A DNA stretch of 64,000 bases from Promethearchaeati archaeon SRVP18_Atabeyarchaeia-1 (GCA_037308085.1 CP147779.1:2744652-2808651), one strand, 5' to 3'. Shown: positions 50,648-60,360, numbered from the stretch's first letter. The notes: generated by a model from the letters alone, not told the origin. A program made the numbers and translations.

Positions 50648-52780
50648 CTACCATCCTAGTTTCCATGGCGTAGGATTAAGTATGTCATCGGTAGCTAGAG
50701 GCTTCCACCACCATTCGTTGTCGACGTACCATTGCACAGTCTGCCTAAGAGCTTCCTTGAACTCGAATTCCGACTTCCACCCGAGTTCGGCTCTTATCCT
50801 CGATGAGTCTAAGCTATACCTAATGTCGTGTCCTGGTCTGTCCTCAACATGAGTGATCAATTCTTCGGGCTTTCCTAGTATCCCGAGTATCGTCTTCACC
50901 GTTTCCATGTTCGGTGTCTCCGTGCCAGAAGAGATGTTGTATATCCCGCCAGCTTTGCCTTTCTCCATAGCGAGCCTTATCGCTTCGCAGTGATCAATCA
51001 CATAGAGCCAATCCCGAACCTGGTTCCCAGAGCCGTACAGCGGAATCGGCAAATCGCGGAGCGCCCTTATTATCGTCTTGGGAATCAATTTTTCTGGAAA
51101 CTGATATTGACCGAAATTGTTTGAGCACCTGGTTATCAGCGTGTCCATGCCGTAGGTAACATTGTAAGCTTTGACATAGAGATCCGCTGCCGCTTTCCCT
51201 GCTGAATAGGGACTCGATGGCCTCAGGATGTCATCCTCTGCCGACGACTCAGATCCTTCCGCGACGCCATATACTTCGTCAGTATTGCCAGAGAAGCAGA
51301 GTCTACCATTTCGCTCTACGACGAAGTTCTTATTATCCCTGACCTTTAAACACCAAATCACTCCATCATATTCTTCTTCATGAATCTGATTTGGTACGAC
51401 CGATTTAATCTCATGTCCTAATACCACGTAGTATTCATGAGCTGATGCTCTTATTGCATGATCTCGGTAGTAGCTGGACTTGGAATGCCTAATACCAAAG
51501 GTCGGTTCAAATCCTAGTTTGATGGCTAGTTCACAGAGGTTTGCGACCAATCTCTCTGATGCCGTGAAGTATATTGGGGTCGACCTCCCTTCCAGGCATC
51601 CATCAGAATCTATTAGCCCCTGGAACAAGTATCGTAGGTGTTTCGTAGAATACTCTAGAGCCCAAGATGGTATACGTTTGTTCTTTGCACCCATGCCACA
51701 TTCTTTGAATAGTTCAAGAAAGTGCTTGGAGGTTACATAGATGTGTTCTCCAGCTTTGCCTTTCCGCAAATGTGGCTTCAATCCCAGTTTGGATAGAGTT
51801 TCCACAACTCTTTTACAACAAGAATCTGATGTCGGAACATCAAAGAAAATCCTGTAGCTGTGGGACGTACAGCTTTGCTCAGTTAGCTTCGCGACCCGGA
51901 AGAATCTACCTGTACCTAAGTTCCTTGCGACTTGCAGCCATTGCTTCCTGTGCATACCTGATTTTGTTGAGGCCTCTTTTTCCTGGTACGAAATAAATCC
52001 GTCTCCAATGAAAATGCCGAGAATGTAGAGCAGGTCATCCGTTGATACTCGGCCATAATCTTTGATCTCTGTGAATTCCGAGTTTTTGCCTTCCCAGCAC
52101 CCCTTAGGCAGATATGAAATAGATTTTTGAGAAGCCTCTTCAGCAGGTAATACTCTCAGGTCTTTCTTGGCGCTATTGAGAAGAAGCATCCTATGATTTG
52201 GCGTTACAAGTAAGTCTATTCGTTTGGTCTTGAAATGAATCATTTTTCCCTTGTAGCGTTGTACGATTACTTTTTCCACAGGTTTTGCTTCGATAGACAT
52301 CGTGAGCGGGTTGAGAGACAAAACCAAATCTCCCTGCCTCATCTCATCGTACCTCTTGAAGCCGTCTGAAGTCAACGCCCTGCTCTTTTCATCATAACAA
52401 CTGACTTGAATGAATCGTTTATGCCCGCTGCTCTTTCTTACTGCCTCCAAGAGAGAGAAGGTGCCGTATGCATTGTTTTTGAAGAAGGAGAAAGGATTCG
52501 ATATACTTCTGTCAACATGAGTTTCAGCCGCGAAGTTCACGACAATGTCAGCGTCTCCAATTATATCCTGCATGCCATTCGAGTCCGTTATGTCGAGTTT
52601 CACGAAGGTGTAGTTGGTACTGTTCTCGATATCCTTCAGGTTGGCCATGTTGGAGCCGTAGCTTAGGTTATCAACGTTGATTATCTCTATCTTATTGTCG
52701 CCCGTTGAGTAGCGGGTGAGGAGATGCCTGACGAAGTTGCTTCCGATGAATCCTGCGCCGCCCGTGATCATTATCTTCAT
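50648..52780 (-). CDS. rmlB: dTDP-glucose 4,6-dehydratase containing an intein
   Basis: TGGAGFIGSNF, AAETHVDRSI, S|TDEVYG split by an insert, PSSPYSA.K, PEKLIP, DRPGHD.RY. Confidence 0.95.
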   Translation of the reverse strand: MKIMITGGAGFIGSNFVRHLLTRYSTGDNKIEIINVDNLSYGSNMANLKDIENSTNYTFVKLDITDSNGMQDIIGDADIVVNFAAETHVDRSISNPFSFFKNNAYGTFSLLEAVRKSSGHKRFIQVSCYDEKSRALTSDGFKRYDEMRQGDLVLSLNPLTMSIEAKPVEKVIVQRYKGKMIHFKTKRIDLLVTPNHRMLLLNSAKKDLRVLPAEEASQKSISYLPKGCWEGKNSEFTEIKDYGRVSTDDLLYILGIFIGDGFISYQEKEASTKSGMHRKQWLQVARNLGTGRFFRVAKLTEQSCTSHSYRIFFDVPTSDSCCKRVVETLSKLGLKPHLRKGKAGEHIYVTSKHFLELFKECGMGAKNKRIPSWALEYSTKHLRYLFQGLIDSDGCLEGRSTPIYFTASERLVANLCELAIKLGFEPTFGIRHSKSSYYRDHAIRASAHEYYVVLGHEIKSVVPNQIHEEEYDGVIWCLKVRDNKNFVVERNGRLCFSGNTDEVYGVAEGSESSAEDDILRPSSPYSAGKAAADLYVKAYNVTYGMDTLITRCSNNFGQYQFPEKLIPKTIIRALRDLPIPLYGSGNQVRDWLYVIDHCEAIRLAMEKGKAGGIYNISSGTETPNMETVKTILGILGKPEELITHVEDRPGHDIRYSLDSSRIRAELGWKSEFEFKEALRQTVQWYVDNEWWWKPLATDDILNPTPWKLGW
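51284..52399 (-). mobile_element. Intein (372 aa) with LAGLIDADG homing endonuclease
   Basis: Begins Cys (CYDEKSRALT), block B 'VTPNH', LGIFIGDG and FQGLIDSDG motifs, block F 'VIWCLKV..NKNFVV', ends SGN followed by Thr. Confidence 0.92.
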
Positions 52781-53094
52781 ACTCTCTTCACATCCTAAGA
52801 ATGACTAAACTAGCTGCGCAGAGCGCTCTAAGCCTAGCAGTTTTTCGCTGTTCGTTCACTGCTGTAGTGTAGGCTAGATGAGTTATTTATATGATGCTGG
52901 GTGCCTTCATTTGAAGAACAGCCCTTTGACACTGATTTATATGCATTCTGCGTGTGCAAATTGTGCTTCTTTCGGATTTCGCCCAGCTGAGCTGAGAAGT
53001 AGCTGACTGCCGGTTCGATCTGATTGCAGTGTTTCAGAAAGTGTATAAAGAAAAAAGGTCGAGGGTGGTTCAAGTTCCTCAACCGAATTTAGTG

Positions 53095-53433
53095 CTACAG
53101 CTCCGCTATCAAGTACACTATTGCCGACAAGATCAGCAACAAAGCGCCAAGGTCTCCGCCGAGTATGTATGCGACTATGCCAATGATCAGTATCATGAGC
53201 CAGCTGACCTTGAACTTCAGCGAGATGTCCACGAAACCGTAGCTGGCGAATACCACAAGGCTCAGGATTATCAGCAGGATTCCTAAGATGATGCTTGTGA
53301 GCCCAGGAATGACGTAGAACTGTGCAAAATGCGGGGCTACGCTTACGATATCTAGTATTCCCCATATTAGGCAGACAAGGGCGCCAAGAAGTGCTAGTAT
53401 TCTCCCTATGTTCTTGATCTCCTTCTTCTTCAA
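53095..53433 (-). CDS. Small 4-TM membrane protein
   Basis: GAGAGG RBS, TTG start, four hydrophobic helices. Confidence 0.75.
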   Translation of the reverse strand: MKKKEIKNIGRILALLGALVCLIWGILDIVSVAPHFAQFYVIPGLTSIILGILLIILSLVVFASYGFVDISLKFKVSWLMILIIGIVAYILGGDLGALLLILSAIVYLIAEL

Positions 53434-53565
53434 ACCTCTCTAATCTCCATTTACCTGATTTCATAAGCTAGAGCAAATATCTGTCGCCTTGGATATTTAT
53501 GGATTTTGCCGTAACACGGATGGCCGAGGCCCCATGAGGAGAAAGAACTGGCAGTAATCAGCGAG

Positions 53566-56340
53566 CTATGTTGTGCTTGATAGGAGGCTTGCTTTGAGTC
53601 TCTGTATACTCTCTTCAACCTTCTTTCCTTCATCTGGTCCCAGGGAGTTTCCTATTCTTATTAGGAGTTCAAAGCTTTTCCCATATTTCTCCTGAAAGAT
53701 ATGGGAGAACTGCTGGTCAAGCACTTTCTGGAGAGAATTCTGCTCTGCTACTGGTAGTTCCGGATGCATCATTCTCAATATCCAATCATCGCCTTTCTTG
53801 TTCCATTCGATGCCTGCGGGTTTGCCGATGTAGGCAGCTGGATCTGGTACGTATTCTGAACGCACCAAGGCCACCGTAACTGTCTCGGTGCCGATGCTAG
53901 CTATGTAGCGTTCATCGATGTGGCGAGATGCAAATGAAAAGGCGTTCTCAGTGAATATCCGCACATACTCAGATAAGTGCATGGAAACAAGTTCATCGAG
54001 GTTTGATTCCTTCACTTTTAGAAGTGGCTTCAGTATCGGCGATATCTGCTTTTTCTCTTTTAGCTGTGATGCCGCTCGCCTGACCATGTAGTCGGGAACC
54101 CTTAACCCCAGAACGGCGGTGGAGTATGCTTGTAGAATCTCCTTGTATCCGCCTTGGAAGAAGGCCTCAACTGGTGGCGGTCTGTATGATTTCGCGGCAG
54201 AAATAGGGTCCTCGAGTTCACCTCCGGCATGCTTCAAGAACGGCGGACCCGCTTTGAAGCAGGGCGCTACCTTCTCTCTGGAGAGTGCTACCTCATGGTC
54301 AACCCGCTTGAGGGATTTGTCTAGTGCTGCATCAATCTGTATCCTCAGATTCTCTTCGGGGGAGAGAAGGTAGTCTCTCTGTATCTTCTCCAGTGTGTAA
54401 ACCACTCGCTTCGCGAGCGCGACTCTTCGTCCACCCTCCGCCTTCGATATCTCCTCGGTAGTCGAGTTGATGAATGCGACAGTCTTTTCGAAGAAGTTTC
54501 CTATCAAGTCGTAGAGTCTCTCTGAATCCTCTCGAATAGGCTCATAGATGTTTCTATCGACTTCAGGTCTCTCAAGTTTCAGTGCGGGAAGCGCATTACC
54601 ACTGCCTGCGCTTCTGGCGAAGTCGCCAAACTTCTCAAGGTTACCCTTAACTGCCTGCGAGTATGTCTGTAGGAAGAGCTGAAGTGGCACATAGAAATCG
54701 TTCTTGAGTATGCTTGTCATTTTCTCTTTGAGAGCTGTGCTGAGAATTGGCCAGTTGCTCCAGAGCCTCTTCATTAGCAGTATGTCCTTGTGCATTAGAG
54801 TCTCTGGATGTTTTTCTCCATCGATCGTTAGTGTGGTGTCTTCTTTCTTGACAATTTGGCTACTTAGCCCAGTTGAAAGCAGGTCCGAGTAGGTCGGAAT
54901 TTGTATCCGTGTATTTGTAATCCTCCAGTTGTGTTCGCCAAGGGCGTTTATGGCAGTGATGATCTGATAGGTGAAGAGGACGCCCGAGAGGTAGTCTCTC
55001 ACGGCTTTGGCCTTCTCAACAAATAGATCTCCGCCAATGAGTATTTCTTCAAGGATCTCGGCGTAGGTTTCCGCTATGATCCTGTAGACTTTGTCCTTGA
55101 GTGTGACCCAGTCGCTTGAATCCTTTGGTGACAATCCTTTCGATAGGGTTTCGATGAGTGATGTCTCGAAGGATTTTGCCAGGGGGTCTGTCTGGGCTAG
55201 GGCTGCGAGAGCATCCTTTAAGTTCTGGGCTCCTGCCAAGATTGCGAATAAACAGGCGGCAGATTCATTAAATGAAGGCCCACATTTTTCCACGATCCTC
55301 GTCAGGATTCTGGTTAAAGCGGGATCTGAGTTGAAGTTCGATAGGAGCTTCTTCATCATGCCATAAGGTCCGTTCTCGATGAGGAAGGTCTCTATGAACT
55401 CGGAAACCATCTCCCGTAGGCCTTTAGAGTCACCTACGCTGCCCATGGTGGGGTGGGCCAGTATCAAGTGGGGGGCTCGCTTGCTCATTCTACGGTAGAC
55501 GGCTCGTATGATTTCATTTGTCCATACTTCTTTTCTTTCCGAAATTCTGAAGAAGGCCGTTTCACCGTTTATTGAGCCTGCAATCGCTTGGACAAAGTTA
55601 TTTTTGACCTCTTCGAAAGTCTTCTGGGCCTCGGCCAGGGCTTGGGGTTTCATTCCCCTTAGCTCAATGGCCACAGCTAGAGCTGTCTTCATCTGGTCAT
55701 CCTTCGCGTTTAGCGCCAAGAAGAGTTCCTGATCGGAGGTGAGGATTATTATTTCCTTGCCGACAATCGCCAGAAGATCATCATCGCTGAGCGATAGGCC
55801 CGGGTTTGAGACTGACTCCAAGAAGGGCTCTGATAGTTTTACAGACTTTCCAAGAACTGATAAGGTGCTCCTGACAACGTCCCTAAACTCGATCTGAACC
55901 AGAGGGCGCATCCTTGTAGATGCTCTCCAGCGCCTCAGAGTTTCAAGATATATCTCGGCCTTCTGGGCGTAGAGTGACGAGAAGCTACCCTTTGATATTT
56001 CTCTCCAATCTTTTATGGATAGCAGAACTTCTCCGAGGCTGCGTCCGAACTCACTTAGCAGTGACAGTATACTTTCGCCGACCACGCCACGGACAATGAC
56101 ACTCACGAGAACCTCGCGTCCACTGAGAGTACTTCGCCTAAGTACAAGTTTGCCCCCTCCGGGAACGTCGATCTTCAGCCCGTCAGCAGGGGTTTTTCTC
56201 AGATCTATTTCACGGGTGAATGTATACAATGCACTCGTGAGTCCTCCGGCTAGCGCCGGATCATGCCCCCGTGTCCCGAAGGAGAGCATGGGTCTGCCAT
56301 CAGGCAGTAACGCAACGGTCTCCAGAGTTGTGGTCTCCAA
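53566..56340 (-). CDS. Large protein with N-terminal longin-like domain and long helical body
   Basis: 'LLPDGRPML...DPALAGGLTSALYTFTREI' followed by three beta strands; TTG 56340 is the likely start. Confidence 0.6.
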   Translation of the reverse strand: METTTLETVALLPDGRPMLSFGTRGHDPALAGGLTSALYTFTREIDLRKTPADGLKIDVPGGGKLVLRRSTLSGREVLVSVIVRGVVGESILSLLSEFGRSLGEVLLSIKDWREISKGSFSSLYAQKAEIYLETLRRWRASTRMRPLVQIEFRDVVRSTLSVLGKSVKLSEPFLESVSNPGLSLSDDDLLAIVGKEIIILTSDQELFLALNAKDDQMKTALAVAIELRGMKPQALAEAQKTFEEVKNNFVQAIAGSINGETAFFRISERKEVWTNEIIRAVYRRMSKRAPHLILAHPTMGSVGDSKGLREMVSEFIETFLIENGPYGMMKKLLSNFNSDPALTRILTRIVEKCGPSFNESAACLFAILAGAQNLKDALAALAQTDPLAKSFETSLIETLSKGLSPKDSSDWVTLKDKVYRIIAETYAEILEEILIGGDLFVEKAKAVRDYLSGVLFTYQIITAINALGEHNWRITNTRIQIPTYSDLLSTGLSSQIVKKEDTTLTIDGEKHPETLMHKDILLMKRLWSNWPILSTALKEKMTSILKNDFYVPLQLFLQTYSQAVKGNLEKFGDFARSAGSGNALPALKLERPEVDRNIYEPIREDSERLYDLIGNFFEKTVAFINSTTEEISKAEGGRRVALAKRVVYTLEKIQRDYLLSPEENLRIQIDAALDKSLKRVDHEVALSREKVAPCFKAGPPFLKHAGGELEDPISAAKSYRPPPVEAFFQGGYKEILQAYSTAVLGLRVPDYMVRRAASQLKEKKQISPILKPLLKVKESNLDELVSMHLSEYVRIFTENAFSFASRHIDERYIASIGTETVTVALVRSEYVPDPAAYIGKPAGIEWNKKGDDWILRMMHPELPVAEQNSLQKVLDQQFSHIFQEKYGKSFELLIRIGNSLGPDEGKKVEESIQRLKASLLSSTT

Positions 56341-56538
56341 CGGGAGCTTCACTTCTAGTACTTTTGAGAATGCGGGGGAACACTTAAACATTGTCTCGAA
56401 GTTGAGAACATCGCAAGTCATAAGTGAACAAATAACGCTCAGCCCAGACCTACACGGTCGTCTTCGTTGCCTCTGTTTACAGTCACAGGGTAAACATAAA
56501 AAGCAAGTTCAAGAGAAGGTAGTGTGGTCAGGCTCAAT

Positions 56539-57138
56539 ATGCTCTCTTTCTCTGTCTTCGCGTTCACATTTCTACTGATTGCTCTCGCCGAGTTTGGCGA
56601 CAAAACCCAATTTGTAGTGATAGCGGTTGCAATGCGGACAAGAAGGATGGGTTTGGTTGCGGCCGGCGCGACGCTGGGAATCACATTGGTGATAATCTTT
56701 GGGGTATCTATAGGAACTTTCTTGGACGTATTTATTCCAATGGAGTACGTAAGCCTAGGCGGGGCAATCGCCTTCTTAGCCCTTGGACTTATCTCGCTTA
56801 TCCAAACTGTCAGGCATTCGGGACAAGAGGATCAGGGCATTTCCGACTCGGGCAAGGAAATAGGGCGGAAGGGGAAGAGCATATTTCTAGGATCGGCGGC
56901 TGGCATCGGCCTCATGGAATTTGGCGACAAGACTCAAGTAGCGACTATAACTTTGGCTGCGACCTATGATTCGCCTTTCTCTGTTGCTTTGGGCGCGATC
57001 CTTGCGGAAGCCACATTAATGGCGGTTGGGGCTTTTGTTGGATGCAAGTTACTAGCGAGGCTACGCAAAGATGTTGTTGATTACTTCTCATCTGCCTTAT
57101 TCATCATTGTAGGGCTCTGGATGATTCTCCTACTTTGA
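56539..57138 (+). CDS. TMEM165/GDT1 (UPF0016) Ca2+/Mn2+ transporter
   Basis: EFGDKTQ motif twice, 3+3 TM helices. Confidence 0.95.
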   Translation: MLSFSVFAFTFLLIALAEFGDKTQFVVIAVAMRTRRMGLVAAGATLGITLVIIFGVSIGTFLDVFIPMEYVSLGGAIAFLALGLISLIQTVRHSGQEDQGISDSGKEIGRKGKSIFLGSAAGIGLMEFGDKTQVATITLAATYDSPFSVALGAILAEATLMAVGAFVGCKLLARLRKDVVDYFSSALFIIVGLWMILLL

Positions 57139-57244
57139 CGTCCAGAAGGGTAACTTCAGTCAGGTAGGTCCTTTTCAAGGGAATCAGGGGCCATCCTGAT
57201 GCTGTTCTTCGTCGAGTGCCTCGAGTCCGCCTATGATTCTGCCA

Positions 57245-58747
57245 TTAAGAAATGGGGGGATTCTTGGATATCGCCTTATCTTGTATCCCTTTGCGATTTC
57301 CTGATCGCATATGGGATTGCCTGGCTAACGCCGGCGAATCCGCACACTCCTCACTCGGTGGACGCATTGGAATTGGAATGTGGGTGCAGGAACACTGCCC
57401 ACTCAGAAAGTGATTCAGGTAATCGAGTGTCTCGTCTATTATAGGTTCAACTGTTTGCCTTGCTATTCTGGTTTCATCCTTGCTCGCGTCATGCCCTTTG
57501 TTGATTCTGTCTTTGAGCATAGAGAGGGATCTGATGTCCTCAAGTTTCATGCTTGGAATGGTCCTTCTTAGCAGCGGGACCCATTCGGTGGTCTGCCTGC
57601 CTTGCGTCTCGACTCCTACTGACAGCAGGGTCGCAATCATAAGGGAACGGATTGCCTTGTCAATCGATAATACAACTTCTGAATAGAACCCCTCGGACTC
57701 GAGCTTAGTTATCTTCCCAAGAAGCTCTTTCGCTCTCTTAGTGAGCTCAACGATCCGCTTATTGTTCAACTCCTTCTTGAATTTCGATAACTCCTTTCCG
57801 CCATACCTTGTATACATGTAGGATAGTTCATCTGGCGTGAAGTCTGTCTCATGGGCTACAACTTGTTCGGGGGTGATCCTCATTGAAGCTGAGCTCCTCA
57901 ATGTGGCGTCCCCATCCAGCTCACGGTAGCTTTTGAGAAGTCTCCATCCCCCGACCAGCTCAACCATGGCTGCCGGCAAAGACATGAAAACAGTCACAAA
58001 GGTAGCGGACTCAAGACCGAGTGCGAAGGTGAAGAAACTAAGAAGCAACATTAGAGATACCGCGGAAGTCAGCGCTCTGAAAACTCTGAGGGCTCGAGGA
58101 AAGCTTGCCGGTTCCTCTTTTGCGTCCAACGAATCTTTTGCTAATGACCTTAACTCCTTATCCCTGAAGTCCAGATATGAAGCGAGATTGCCGACATGGA
58201 CAGCATCAAGGTCATTCTCCTTGGAGTTGCCTAAGGCGGGGATCCATGCTTTCTCTTCGCCCAGTTCATTCTCCAATGGGAAAGAGGTCAGGAATATGGA
58301 ACTGATCCAGAACCCCACGTTCTTACCTTTGAACCTACTATAAGTGACTTTGCGTAACAGCAGGTTTACCGAGTAAGTTTCTAGACCGTTGATCATGGAG
58401 GAAATGCGAAGAGTATGATAACTCTGCGAAGCAATTCCAGCTTCTGGGATTTCTGAACTAATCCTCTGTGTTTCCTCCAAGAATTCCCCGCAATAGTCAC
58501 TCAGATCGTCCTCGCGCCCGACGACTAGCCGAGGAATACCATTCCGTCCACCAGCTTCCTTAGCGTCATCTCCGTCGTAGAACTTCAGCAGCAGCATATC
58601 AATCATACATAAGTGGGAAGTGACTTCGACTGGCCTACAGGCTACCATGTCGATGCATCCGATCGGGTTCAGGTTGGCTCGGTAACCCTTTGACCTGATA
58701 AGCTCGACGGCGCCTTCGAGTGCTCTGGCTCCGTGATCTCTGTTCAG
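57245..58747 (-). CDS. Membrane protein: PD-(D/E)XK-like N-terminus, 2 TM, HEPN-like C-terminus (probable CTG start)
   Basis: GGAGGTGG 7 nt before CTG 58747; 'LEGAVELIRSKGY...IDMVAC'; C-terminal 'RAKELL...EGFYSEVVLSIDKAIRSLMIA...LSMLKDRINKGH...ETRIARQTVE'. Confidence 0.6.
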   Translation of the reverse strand: MNRDHGARALEGAVELIRSKGYRANLNPIGCIDMVACRPVEVTSHLCMIDMLLLKFYDGDDAKEAGGRNGIPRLVVGREDDLSDYCGEFLEETQRISSEIPEAGIASQSYHTLRISSMINGLETYSVNLLLRKVTYSRFKGKNVGFWISSIFLTSFPLENELGEEKAWIPALGNSKENDLDAVHVGNLASYLDFRDKELRSLAKDSLDAKEEPASFPRALRVFRALTSAVSLMLLLSFFTFALGLESATFVTVFMSLPAAMVELVGGWRLLKSYRELDGDATLRSSASMRITPEQVVAHETDFTPDELSYMYTRYGGKELSKFKKELNNKRIVELTKRAKELLGKITKLESEGFYSEVVLSIDKAIRSLMIATLLSVGVETQGRQTTEWVPLLRRTIPSMKLEDIRSLSMLKDRINKGHDASKDETRIARQTVEPIIDETLDYLNHFLSGQCSCTHIPIPMRPPSEECADSPALARQSHMRSGNRKGIQDKAISKNPPIS

Positions 58748-58813
58748 TTGAGTTCCACCTCCATCTGTGAAAGGATCATTTCTCTTTGTATGCCTCCATT
58801 TTCCAAGTCTTTG

Positions 58814-59614
58814 TCAGCGAGTTTGGCGTTTCACGTAAAGTGCTATTCTAAGAAAGATGTAGGCTACTAGTACTAGCATGAAATCGAAAGCGAGTCCGAT
58901 AACCGATAGGAGCACGCGCCCAGTAAGCATCAGGAGCAGACCTGAACCCCCGATCACCCCGAAGAGTGAACATGCGATCATTGATAAGATCACGAAAGTC
59001 AAGCCAATCAAACGGGGCATTCTCTTCTCCCTGTAGTTGAGAATCGCCCTAGCCAATAGAAGTTTCGTGACGAATTCTGGTTCGACATCTCCAAATTCCC
59101 TATAGCGGGAGAATGGGATTTCCATAAGATCAGATGAGTGGACCTGGGGTGAGCGGAGAGTCGTCGTTCCTCCTGCCCAGAACTTAGAGTCCGACGTATT
59201 CCCTCCGTTGAGAGACTTGAATCGGAGAGACTGAGAATCGCGTGCGCCTTTTGCTGATTCCTGATGTTCGCTGATCCTAGAGATGGACTCCTCTGCTATC
59301 GAGATGGCTTCCTCCACCTCTGTCATCGTCAGGCCTTCTTCCTCGCTTCGCCCAGCCTTTTCCCTTATCTTGCTCAGCCGTATCAACTTGGCCGCTGGTA
59401 GCTTTATACCCCTCTTTCCGAGGACCCGTATTGCTTCCTCGCGATTCGTCGGTTTTGGAACGCCTAGTCTGTCAAAAGCGTTCTTCAACTGTACCTCGAT
59501 GGCTTCATCGGCCGCAGTCACAGCCTCTTCTTGGAGACCAAGGTGACGCCAATTCTCAGCTTTGCTCATTAAAGCCCAAGGCTCAGAGGTTTTTTCCTGA
59601 CTGACATCATTCAA
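58814..59614 (-). CDS. HEPN-like domain plus 2 C-terminal TM helices
   Basis: 'LMSKAENWRHLG..EEAVTAADEAIEVQLK...LIRLSKIREKA...TEVEEAISIAEE' follows the HEPN helical pattern. Confidence 0.6.
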   Translation of the reverse strand: MNDVSQEKTSEPWALMSKAENWRHLGLQEEAVTAADEAIEVQLKNAFDRLGVPKPTNREEAIRVLGKRGIKLPAAKLIRLSKIREKAGRSEEEGLTMTEVEEAISIAEESISRISEHQESAKGARDSQSLRFKSLNGGNTSDSKFWAGGTTTLRSPQVHSSDLMEIPFSRYREFGDVEPEFVTKLLLARAILNYREKRMPRLIGLTFVILSMIACSLFGVIGGSGLLLMLTGRVLLSVIGLAFDFMLVLVAYIFLRIALYVKRQTR

Positions 59615-59644
59615 TGGCGGTTTCTCCTCCTTTCACTCGCGATG

Positions 59645-59902
59645 CTAGTCAGAACGTTCACTGGAATGTTCATCTTCTTCTGTTGAGTCTCTTGACTTGG
59701 GAATCGATTCGATCCTCTCGGATTCCAACAGTTCTCCAAGCAAGAGAAGTTGGAGTAGCTCCTCCTTCTTGTCCACCTTGACTGATCTACTTAGCGGTAG
59801 ATGAAGAATGAAGATGATCAACTTTGACGATAGGTAAACTAGAACGCCAAGGGCAGCTAAGATCAGCGCCACAGAAGACAATTCACTGATACCGGGAACC
59901 AT
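59645..59902 (-). CDS. Small single-pass membrane protein
   Basis: GAGGAGA RBS, one TM, acidic tail; downstream of a TTATAAAG promoter. Confidence 0.65.
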   Translation of the reverse strand: MVPGISELSSVALILAALGVLVYLSSKLIIFILHLPLSRSVKVDKKEELLQLLLLGELLESERIESIPKSRDSTEEDEHSSERSD

Positions 59903-59967
59903 GCTTAGCTCTCCTCTGTTTCAGTTGAGGTATCTTAAGACAGCCGATAAGGTATCAGCTAGTCATC

Positions 59968-59975
59968 CTTTATAA
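59968..59975 (-). promoter_or_regulatory. TATA box of the 59902-57245 operon
   Basis: TTATAAAG about 70 nt upstream of ATG 59902. Confidence 0.45.
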
Positions 59976-60048
59976 GACAAAAAAGATGGCTCGTCTAACA
60001 GAAGCAGAAAAGTGATGTTTCTCCGGAGAATGCTCAGTGTTCGAGTTC

Positions 60049-60360
60049 TTACTCGCCTATGAATCTCAGTTCCCGTTTTGGCTTTGATTCGCGAGACCGA
60101 GGAAAAGAGAAGTCAACAGGGCCAACGTTCGGGAGGAATACGATCACAGGTACCGACTCTGAAGGTTTAAGAGGTGCCGCCCCGTTCCTCGAGGGCTTGC
60201 GTGCATGCATGATCTCCTCGATGCTGAGAGAGGCCTTTATGACTCGAATCAACTCACTCATGTCCTTGTTGTTGCCAACTGGCTCCTCTGAAGACATTTC
60301 TGCCAGCTCGCGAACCCTCTCGCTGCCGAGTCTCGCCAGAATCTTATCCTTCCTCCCCAA
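60049..60360 (-). CDS. Small protein with possible HeH/Rho_N-like domain
   Basis: 'LARLGSERVRELAE...NKDMSELIRVI'; GAGGAGG RBS, TTG start. Confidence 0.5.
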   Translation of the reverse strand: MGRKDKILARLGSERVRELAEMSSEEPVGNNKDMSELIRVIKASLSIEEIMHARKPSRNGAAPLKPSESVPVIVFLPNVGPVDFSFPRSRESKPKRELRFIGE

